A stretch of 64,000 nt of DNA from a bacterium (GTDB lineage: Bacteria > Electryoneota > Electryoneia > Electryoneales > Electryoneaceae): assembly GCA_963675295.2 (NCBI GenBank), contig CAXXKJ010000002.1, forward strand, positions 3,392,001 through 3,456,000. The letters run 5' to 3'. Both the position numbers and the translations under genes were made by a program. The notes under the pieces were generated by a model. It was not told the DNA's origin. It ran no database searches and was given only the letters and a program-made list of their open reading frames with translations. The stretch's first letter is position 1. Each line of letters begins with the position of its first letter. Positions 47,249 to 55,299 of this stretch are shown in pieces.

Positions 47249-49834
47249 ATGCCGGCGACCCGTACACCCATCCCCGTTGTCCACGTCGCGATCCCCGGAA
47301 TGCCCGGCGATCCGTTAGTCTATACTCCACCTCGCGCTGGATGGCCCGAGCTGGATGTGTGCCCCGACGTGCTTGCACGTCGGGATCAACCGTCCGCCGA
47401 AAATACCGTTAGCAACGATGCCAGCGTCAGCTCTGCTGCCGCGGATCATCACACGCTACATGGCCGCCGTGTCCTGGTCCCATTGTCGAACCGTTCCCGG
47501 GTGGGTGTCATCGTGCCGCCGGTCCATCCCGTTGATACGTCACTTGAACCCGGCAAACTCAGGCCCGTTGACGCTCTCCTCGACCGCGAATCAGCTGTCC
47601 TGCCGCCTGAGCTGATCTCTCTATCGGCTCACGTGGTCAAGCGTTACCTCGCCAGCTGGGGCGAGGTGATTCAGGCGGCGTTGCCGAACGGCTTGCTCGA
47701 CCCGCCGGATATCATCGTTCAATGGATCGGGCCGGAGCTGGAAGGCCAGTGGCCAAGAGAGGTTACGAGCTCGCGTTCTCACTCTACATTAAGCCGCTAT
47801 CTCGCGGGCGAAGGTGTGCTCAGCGCGGCGGCGCTGCGGCGTAAATTCCCTCGTTCCCCGGTGGACGCCATCCTGCTCGACCTTGCGGCATGGGGCCTGA
47901 TCGACCGTGAGGAACGTTTCGCGGACGCCGAGTCTTCCGCCACCACCGACTGGGTGATCGCCAACAAGGATGCTTCCCTCGACGACATCCCCGCCCGTGC
48001 AACCGCCCGGCGACGGCTGTTCGAAGCGTTGCAGCGTGAAGCTGGCGCGGCACCGTGGACCGAGCTCAAGGACCTGGCGAATGTGACCCGTTCCGTCCTT
48101 AATGGCCTCTTGGATGCCAAGCTGGTCTACATCGAGGAGCGGACGAAGGATGTCATCGGCCTCGGCTTTGATCCACGCACGCCGGAAGGCACCCCTCCCC
48201 CGTTGACCGAGGAGCAAACCGCAGCCGTCGCCGAGGTCGCGACCCGGATGGACTCCGGCGAACGCGAGGTTTTCCTGCTGGACGGTCTCCCCGGTACTGG
48301 CAAGACACGGGTGTATGTCGAGCTGATCCGCAAGGCGCGCGAGTTGGACAGGGGCGTGCTGGTGCTGGTCCCGGAGATTTCGTTGACGCCGCAGGTGGTC
48401 GCGCGCATTCGTCAGCTGCTGCACGAACCGGTGGTGGTGCTGCATTCCGGGCTCAGCCGTGGATCACGGTTGGCGGCGTGGCGCGCGCTGCACCGTGGTG
48501 AGGCGAAAATCGCTGTCGGAGCGCGATCGGCGGTGTTCGCGCCGGTGCGTGATCTTGGACTGGTGATTGTGGACGAAGAGCACGAGGAGGCGTACAAGCA
48601 GCAGGACCCCGCGCCGCGCTACCACGGGCGCGACCTGGCAGCGGTGCGTGGCTGGATGGCGAACGCGCCGGTGGTGCTGGCGTCCGCGACCCCGAGTCTC
48701 GAGACGATGCACCTGGTCAACGAGCGCAAGCGGGCGGTGCGGTTGCCGTTGACGCAACGCTTCGGCGCGAACTGGCCGGAGATCAAGGTTGTTGACCGGC
48801 GGCGTGAAGCGGAAGATGCGCCTTATGTCGGGCCGCAACTGGCGGACGCGATCCGTTCGCACACCCGCAACGGCGGCGGCGTCATCCTGCTGATCACTCG
48901 CCGTGGCTACGCGCCGGTGCTGCAGTGCAACAACTGCGGCGAAACGCTTGGCTGCCCGAACTGCGACATCCCGTTGACCTACCACGCTCGCGGCGTGCGC
49001 CGTGGGGAGCCCGATTTACGCTGTCACATTTGCGGCTACAGCAAGCGTGTGCCGGACACCTGCGGGCACTGTGCCTCGGAAGATCTGCGCGCCTTTGGCA
49101 TGGGCACGCAGCGTATCGAGGACGAGATCGCCGAACGCTTCCCCGAGCTTGTCCCCTCGCGTATGGACCGCGACACGTTGCGCAAAGTCGGCGAACAGGA
49201 ACGCTTGCTGCGCGCGTTCGCCGGTGGTGAGTCACAGGTCCTGTTGGGTACGCAGCTTGTCGCCAAGGGGCACGACTTCAGCCACGTCACCCTAGTCGGA
49301 GTCATCAACGCCGACCCGTCGCTGAACCAACCCGACTTCCGGGCGGCGGAGCGAACCTACCGTCTTTTGATCCAGGCGGCGGGACGCGCTGGCCGTGGCG
49401 AGAAACCGGGCGAGGTGATTATTCAGACCTTGCGCCCTGAGCATGCCCTGTTCGGCTATCTCGCGAAACCGGCACGGGATGCGTTCACCCAGATGGAGCT
49501 CGACCGGCGTGCGTTACTCGATTATCCGCCGTTCGCGCACATGGCGCTGCTGACCTTTTCCGGCAATGACGAAGAGCGTGTGCGCGCCTCCGCCCTGCGT
49601 ACGGCGGACTATCTCGGCCACCATCCAGGCCCGTTGCAGATCCTCGGCCCGGAACCCGCGTTCATCAAGCGGGTAAAACGGAAATACCGCTGGCGTCTGA
49701 TGGTCCGTGTGAGCAAGACGGTGGACGCATCCGGCGAGCAGATGCGCAGCGTTTTGCGTACCATGCTTACGGCTGTGATGCACGATTCCGGTGTGCGTGT
49801 CAGTGTCGATGTCGATCCCGTGGAGGTGAGTTGA
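47249..49834 (+). CDS. priA: Primosomal protein N' (replication restart helicase)
   Basis: GLPGTGKT, LVPEISLTPQ, DEEH, SATPS, four CxxC pairs, GTQLVAKGHDF, QAAGRAGR, DVDP. Confidence 0.95.
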   Translation: MPATRTPIPVVHVAIPGMPGDPLVYTPPRAGWPELDVCPDVLARRDQPSAENTVSNDASVSSAAADHHTLHGRRVLVPLSNRSRVGVIVPPVHPVDTSLEPGKLRPVDALLDRESAVLPPELISLSAHVVKRYLASWGEVIQAALPNGLLDPPDIIVQWIGPELEGQWPREVTSSRSHSTLSRYLAGEGVLSAAALRRKFPRSPVDAILLDLAAWGLIDREERFADAESSATTDWVIANKDASLDDIPARATARRRLFEALQREAGAAPWTELKDLANVTRSVLNGLLDAKLVYIEERTKDVIGLGFDPRTPEGTPPPLTEEQTAAVAEVATRMDSGEREVFLLDGLPGTGKTRVYVELIRKARELDRGVLVLVPEISLTPQVVARIRQLLHEPVVVLHSGLSRGSRLAAWRALHRGEAKIAVGARSAVFAPVRDLGLVIVDEEHEEAYKQQDPAPRYHGRDLAAVRGWMANAPVVLASATPSLETMHLVNERKRAVRLPLTQRFGANWPEIKVVDRRREAEDAPYVGPQLADAIRSHTRNGGGVILLITRRGYAPVLQCNNCGETLGCPNCDIPLTYHARGVRRGEPDLRCHICGYSKRVPDTCGHCASEDLRAFGMGTQRIEDEIAERFPELVPSRMDRDTLRKVGEQERLLRAFAGGESQVLLGTQLVAKGHDFSHVTLVGVINADPSLNQPDFRAAERTYRLLIQAAGRAGRGEKPGEVIIQTLRPEHALFGYLAKPARDAFTQMELDRRALLDYPPFAHMALLTFSGNDEERVRASALRTADYLGHHPGPLQILGPEPAFIKRVKRKYRWRLMVRVSKTVDASGEQMRSVLRTMLTAVMHDSGVRVSVDVDPVEVS

Positions 49835-50892
49835 TGCAGCGATTGCTGCGCACAGGCTGGTTGATGGTGGTTCTGCTGGCGCTGCTGGTTGTGCCCGCTG
49901 GCGCTCAATCCGTCCCCGCTCCGGCAAGCCAGAACCTGCCGCCGGGCGACTGGCTGGTGCTGTCGCAGGACGGCTACGTCATCTATCACGAAGCCGCCGA
50001 CCAGTCCGCCGCCAACGATCTGCTCGCCACCTACCAGCGTTTCGACGACGACTTCGCCGGCAAGCTTGGGGTGGAACGTCCACGCGGCATCCGTGTCTTC
50101 ATCGCCCCGACCGAGGGCCGGTTCCGTTACCTCACCCGTGGCCTGCCCCACTGGACCGGCGGGCTGGCGTATCCGACCCAGAAGCTGATCATCCTGCAGT
50201 CGCCACGGATGATGCAGGGACGCGGCCAGTTTACCGTCACCGCCCTGCATGAACTGGTCCACATCCTCACCGCCAACGAGGACGGCAACCGTCTCCCGCG
50301 CTGGTTCAGCGAGGGGCTGGCGATGTACCTCAGCGGCGAAACGATGTACAAGAACCGTACGCCGCTCGGCCGGGCGGTGGTGTTCAATCAGACGTACACC
50401 CTCGAGGGCATCGAGGACATGATGCGGCTCGGTCCGGAACAGGCCCGTATCGCCTACCTGCAATCCATCAGCTTTGTCGAGTTCATCGTTGATCATTACG
50501 GCTGGGACGCCATCGCCGCACTGATGCACGGCTACCAGGCCGGGCTCGACCCGGATGACGTGTTCGAGGAATTGACCGGCAGCCCGTTGTTTGACGCCGA
50601 GGTCGCGTTCCACCAGGAACTGCGTGACAAGTACCGCTGGTTCAATTTGCTGGCATGGCTCAATTTCGACACGTTGCTGTGGAGCGGAGCGTCCCTGCTG
50701 GTGATGGTCACCGGGATCCTCGCGATTGTCCGGCGGCGGCGGTACCTGCACGGCGACAGCGATGGTGAGGCAATCGACGAGTCGCAGGCCGATCCCCGTT
50801 TGTATCAGGGAGATCCGTTGTTTGACGACGACGACGGCGAACTGCCCGGCGGCGAGTGGTACATCGAAGAGGACGAGCCTTGGAGACGGTAG
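49834..50892 (+). CDS. Peptidase MA-like zinc metallohydrolase, membrane anchored
   Basis: Signal peptide, LHELVH...PRWFSEGLA, AYLQS, C-terminal TM helix. Confidence 0.85.
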   Translation: MQRLLRTGWLMVVLLALLVVPAGAQSVPAPASQNLPPGDWLVLSQDGYVIYHEAADQSAANDLLATYQRFDDDFAGKLGVERPRGIRVFIAPTEGRFRYLTRGLPHWTGGLAYPTQKLIILQSPRMMQGRGQFTVTALHELVHILTANEDGNRLPRWFSEGLAMYLSGETMYKNRTPLGRAVVFNQTYTLEGIEDMMRLGPEQARIAYLQSISFVEFIVDHYGWDAIAALMHGYQAGLDPDDVFEELTGSPLFDAEVAFHQELRDKYRWFNLLAWLNFDTLLWSGASLLVMVTGILAIVRRRRYLHGDSDGEAIDESQADPRLYQGDPLFDDDDGELPGGEWYIEEDEPWRR

Positions 50893-51038
50893 CCACTGCG
50901 GTCTCCTGCCGCTCCCGGCTTTTCTTTGCGCGTCTCAGGCCCCATATTAGTGGTGTCCAACGAACCATCCCCGGAGAGCCCATCCCGCTTGCTCATGGTC
51001 GTGTGCCTGATTCCACTTGCAGAACCGGAGAACCACCA

Positions 51039-51971
51039 ATGAGCATCTCTCTGCGCATGCCGAAGACGATTCTGAGCCTGCTTGCCTTGCTGATGTGTGT
51101 CGTGTCTGTGAACGCGTCAACGACATTCGACTTGTTGCGTGTTGACCCGACTCCGCGCGGTGCGGCGCTGGCTGGAAACTCGCTTGCATTGCTCGGCGGC
51201 ACGTTGGACGCCCTCTCGATGCACCCCGGCGGGCTGGCATCCGTGCATCATCAACACGTTTCCGCCAGTTACAGCAACCATCCGCTCGACGTGTCCGGCG
51301 GACGGTTCAGCTATGGCTACCCGTCCAGCTACGGCTACGGCGCGTTCTCGTTGACCTACCTCAACTACGGCGAATTCGACCGCCGGGTATCCCTTGAAGA
51401 CGAAGTCAACGGCACCTTCGCCCCGACGGACCTGTTGGTGACCGCTGGCTTTGCGCGTGAGGTGTATAAGGATCTCGGCGTCGGCTTGTCCGTCAAATAC
51501 ATCAGCAGCCAGATTGACGACTACAACTCCTCCGCCATCGCGATGGACTTCTCCGGCCATTGGAACACCGGCTGGAACATGGTCAAGCTCGCGGCCGGTG
51601 TCAGTAATGTCGGCACGCAGCTTGAGAGCTACATCGACACCGAAGAAGATTTGCCGACCGAAGCCCATGTCGGTGTCGCCAAGCAGCTCGAACACCTTCC
51701 GTTGGTCCTCTCGATCAGCGGCCACATGGACATCGACAGCAACTTCTACGGCGCGGCGGCAGGTGAGTTTACCGTCTCGCCAATCCTCAAACTGCGCGCG
51801 GGCTACACCAGCCTCGGACCGGACTACCACGTCGGAGGGTCGCAGGATGGCCTCGCGGGCATCTCCGCCGGTGTCGGCGTGTTCTACATGGACTTCAACC
51901 TCGACTACGCGTTGGTTTCGCAGGGTCCCATCGGGCAGGTTCACAAACTCGGCGTCACCTACCAGTTTTAG
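51039..51971 (+). CDS. PorV/PorQ-family outer-membrane protein (T9SS-associated)
   Basis: FDLLRVDPTPRGAALAG, HPGGL, YLNYG, G.SVKYI, C-terminal VHKLGVTYQF. Confidence 0.8.
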   Translation: MSISLRMPKTILSLLALLMCVVSVNASTTFDLLRVDPTPRGAALAGNSLALLGGTLDALSMHPGGLASVHHQHVSASYSNHPLDVSGGRFSYGYPSSYGYGAFSLTYLNYGEFDRRVSLEDEVNGTFAPTDLLVTAGFAREVYKDLGVGLSVKYISSQIDDYNSSAIAMDFSGHWNTGWNMVKLAAGVSNVGTQLESYIDTEEDLPTEAHVGVAKQLEHLPLVLSISGHMDIDSNFYGAAAGEFTVSPILKLRAGYTSLGPDYHVGGSQDGLAGISAGVGVFYMDFNLDYALVSQGPIGQVHKLGVTYQF

Positions 51972-52050
51972 TCAGTGCTCAGTGATCAGTGGTCTGTGGT
52001 CTGTGGTCTGTGGTCTGTGGTCCATGGTCTGTGGTCCATGGTCTGCGGTC
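51972..52050. repeat. Drifting heptamer array (11 units)
   Basis: tcagtgc tcagtga tcagtgg (tctgtgg)x4 tccatgg tctgtgg tccatgg tctgcgg, beginning right after the stop codon. Confidence 0.9.
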
Positions 52051-52325
52051 AAATCCTGATTCGCAGGTACATGACTTGCGTCGCAGGATTGCAGGCAGGT
52101 TATTCTGATGCCGCGTCCGTTTGCGGCAGAAGAAGGTCCAGCTTATCAACAGGTTGATCCTGGTTCCTGTAGATCCTGATTCCAGCTTGGTGAAACCTGG
52201 ATCTCCCTCACGTCTCTTCGTTTCGTTCGGAATAACGTTCCGTCAACCTCAAGTATGTCTATAGCCTCAACCAGCCTCACCACCCGATTTTTTGTGAGCG
52301 GGCTCTTGACTGGAGATACCCGATT

Positions 52326-52350
52326 AAACTCTTTTCAATCATGCTGCGTC
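52326..52350 (+). promoter_or_regulatory. Possible ECF-sigma autoregulatory promoter (AAAC-N17-CGTC)
   Basis: Matches the generic ECF -35 AAC and -10 CGT pattern upstream of the ECF gene. Confidence 0.35.
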
Positions 52351-52406
52351 CAATCCATGACGGCGGATCGTCCGCCACATGAACAGGATCGCAAACTGAA
52401 CCGCTG

Positions 52407-53027
52407 GTGGACGCCTTCAGGAGCAATCGGGTGGCCGATCTGACCGGAGAACAGCTCGTCGAGCTCGCGAAGCAGAATCGTGACCGGGCGTTGGAAATGC
52501 TGGTACGCGAATACCGTCGCGAGATCTACGACCTCTGTGTTCGCATCTCCGGAAACACCAGCGAGGCGGAAGATCTGTCGCAGGAAACATTCATCAAGGC
52601 GTACGAGAACCTGCACAAATTCCGCGGGGAAGCATCACCGAAAACCTGGTTGTACCGTATCGCGTTCAACCAGAGCGTTTCCTTCACCCGTCGACTCAAG
52701 CGTTGGCGGATGACCCGGGTCGAAGAGGACTCGGATATCTTTGAAACGGAAGTCGCGTTGAGTACACCGTCCAGCGAGGAAGAGCTGGAGCGAAAGGACC
52801 TCGCCGCACACGCGATGCAGGAGCTGAAACACTTGCCGGTCCGGCAACGGACGGCGGTAATCCTGCGCATGACGAAAGAGCTGCCCTACGCGGAGATCGC
52901 CCGAATCATGGGCACCTCCGTCGGGGGTGCCAAAGCAAACGTCCACCAGGGCATCCGCAAATTGCGGGACGCCCTCGGTGATGGAGAACCGGAACCCGTG
53001 AAGCCGCGCCGTACCGCGCTGCTGTAG
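52407..53027 (+). CDS. ECF RNA polymerase sigma factor
   Basis: EAEDLSQETFIKAY, TWLYRIAFN (region 2); LPVRQR..LPYAEIARIMG (region 4). Confidence 0.93.
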   Translation: MDAFRSNRVADLTGEQLVELAKQNRDRALEMLVREYRREIYDLCVRISGNTSEAEDLSQETFIKAYENLHKFRGEASPKTWLYRIAFNQSVSFTRRLKRWRMTRVEEDSDIFETEVALSTPSSEEELERKDLAAHAMQELKHLPVRQRTAVILRMTKELPYAEIARIMGTSVGGAKANVHQGIRKLRDALGDGEPEPVKPRRTALL

Positions 53028-53038
53028 CGTCCGGAGGA

Positions 53039-53563
53039 GTGACGATGGATAGTGAACGAGTGGAAGATCGCAAACTCGCCCAGGCGTTGAGTTCGGGAGA
53101 TTTCAGCCCGGACAGTGACGACACGGCGTTTCTCGGCGCCGTCCGTCACGGCGTCAAGGTACGCCGCAGGCGGCGAGCGGTGCGTAACAGCGCGCTGGCC
53201 TCGCTGACCGTGCTGCTGCTGGTGGTCGGTGTGTTCCAGCCGTGGAACGGGGCGCAGCAGCAGTTTGGCCCGTTGCTTACCAGCGAGGAAGGCATCGCCG
53301 CGATCGGCTTCAGCGAGGATGAATTGCTGACACTGACGGACAACTACGACGAGCTGTTTTCGTTGACGGATGACCAGGAAGCCTTACAGGACATATCTTC
53401 CGAGCTGGAGACGTTGTTTAGTGTGGGTGATGTGGCTGATCCAGTCGCCTACCTTGCCGGCTACGACGAAGAGGTGCAGGATCAGGTGCTGGAACAGCTG
53501 AAGTCGATGAGCATCTTCGACAACCCGGGACAGATCCAGTTCTCCGCAGAGGGGGAAATATGA
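53039..53563 (+). CDS. Putative anti-sigma factor (single TM)
   Basis: Directly follows the ECF gene; RRRRR then a TM helix and an acidic periplasmic part. Confidence 0.6.
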   Translation: MTMDSERVEDRKLAQALSSGDFSPDSDDTAFLGAVRHGVKVRRRRRAVRNSALASLTVLLLVVGVFQPWNGAQQQFGPLLTSEEGIAAIGFSEDELLTLTDNYDELFSLTDDQEALQDISSELETLFSVGDVADPVAYLAGYDEEVQDQVLEQLKSMSIFDNPGQIQFSAEGEI

Positions 53564-54144
53564 TTCAGACACGACGACACTCAGCACTGCTGCTGATGGT
53601 TTTGATTGCGATACTGTTCGCCGCCACGGTAGTCGCGCAACCGCCGGATCCTGGCAATCAGCCGCCGATGACCGAAGAGCAGCAGGAACAGTTGCGCCAG
53701 CGGATTGAATCGATGCGCATCTGGAAGCTGACCGAACTGCTGCAGCTCGATCCGGACAAGGCAGCTGTGTTTTTCCCGATGTACCGGCAGCATCTCGTCG
53801 AACTGGATACGTTGCAGCGCCGGCAGATGGAGCTCGACCAGACCATCGAAGCGGGCCTGCACGGTGAGACAGTCGATTACGATAAGCTGATCAAGCAATC
53901 CTTCGACCTGACCGAGCAACAGAACAAGCTGGTCGAGAAGCTGATCAAGGACTCCGGCAAGGTGCTCAGCACCCAGCAGCAAGCGGCACTGGTCCTGTTC
54001 GAACGCCGCTTCCACCAGCGTTTGCGCGAGATGATGTTCGAAGTCTCTCGAGATTTCGGCCCGCCGGGGATGCGGCACCGTGGAGGCATGCAGGACAGCT
54101 CCGGTCGCGGTATGGGTCGCGGGTACGGTAGCCCCGGACGGTAG
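53560..54144 (+). CDS. Spy/CpxP-like periplasmic helical protein
   Basis: Signal peptide, LTELLQL, VLSTQQQ (LTxxQ-like) motif, Gly/Met/Arg-rich tail. Confidence 0.65.
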   Translation: MIQTRRHSALLLMVLIAILFAATVVAQPPDPGNQPPMTEEQQEQLRQRIESMRIWKLTELLQLDPDKAAVFFPMYRQHLVELDTLQRRQMELDQTIEAGLHGETVDYDKLIKQSFDLTEQQNKLVEKLIKDSGKVLSTQQQAALVLFERRFHQRLREMMFEVSRDFGPPGMRHRGGMQDSSGRGMGRGYGSPGR

Positions 54145-54455
54145 ACAGGCTGAGCAAGATGGATCGCGGACGGGTTGACAACACCCATCTTTCGACGATA
54201 TCGCAACCGCAGCATTCGAAACGACTTAACTCATCTCAAGGGACGCCGGCACCCGCCACGCGTCCCCGTTTTTTCTCACTAAATACCCACTCGCTTGAAA
54301 CCGAAAGAGAGCCACTCTGGCTCTCGTTGTCTCCTGTCACTTCGAAAAACGGAGCCATACTGTAGTATCTGATAAAATTTATCACTAATATAAGTAAGAA
54401 TATCAGTTTAGGATAATAGAGAATTATAGTATTTTTAGTTTTTAAACGGGTAGAA

Positions 54456-55040
54456 TCAGGCAGTGACGGGTCTTTGCGGTGCGGGCAGAAAGGTATCCAT
54501 GGTGTTGAACAGGTGGCGCAGACTGCGTTCGTCGTCCACATTTGACGCCGGGGAGACAATCAATGTCGCACTGTAGAGGCGGTTATCGTTGTTGAAGGTG
54601 ACTTTGTGCGGGCTGTGAGCATGCGCGAACAGAAGTTCGACATAGGGATCGGGATCGGTGGCCAGCAGGACGGTCACACGTGCCGACCGTCTCGCGATGT
54701 TTTCGCAGAGCCCACGTGTTGGCAGGGCGAAGCGGGTAGCCTGTTCGGTTCCGTACGGGACGCAGGTCCAGTTGACCGGGAGACCGTCCAGCTCGTTCCA
54801 TGCGGTTCCGGGAGTGATGCAAGTGATTGTGCGGTACGGAGCGTCGTTAAAGTTAGCTCTGGCAAACCTGAGCTCTCTAGTCGCCGTTTTGGAGTCGCTG
54901 CTGGTGATCAGGATGATGTGATCGCCGGGATCGGTGGTGGTGCTGGAGCGAGCAGACGCTCGTTCCGCCTGCCGGATGTGGCGGCGGTAGACCCAGTCTC
55001 GCAGCAATCGATAGACGCCTTTGGCTTCGATGAGGCTCAT
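54456..55040 (-). CDS. Hypothetical protein
   Basis: ORF fills the gap between genes; start MSLIEAKG; no recognised motif. Confidence 0.5.
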   Translation of the reverse strand: MSLIEAKGVYRLLRDWVYRRHIRQAERASARSSTTTDPGDHIILITSSDSKTATRELRFARANFNDAPYRTITCITPGTAWNELDGLPVNWTCVPYGTEQATRFALPTRGLCENIARRSARVTVLLATDPDPYVELLFAHAHSPHKVTFNNDNRLYSATLIVSPASNVDDERSLRHLFNTMDTFLPAPQRPVTA

Positions 55041-55299
55041 GCAGGGAATGGTAGCTTGTCGCCGGGTCCGGAGCAATTGCCGGAGGAGTGGAGCACGGAG
55101 AGCCTCCTGGAGATTCGGTCGAGTGAACCGGCTGTCATTTTTTCTCGATTTCAAAGAGGCTCTGGTAGTGGCGGTAGCGAGGGACTATCTTCTTCCCTGC
55201 TCCAGTTTTTGCCCAACTCTGCAAATTAGCGCGGCACTCTTGCACACGAAAAACTGATACATACATGTGGGGAAGGTCCAACCAGAACGGAGATCGAAG

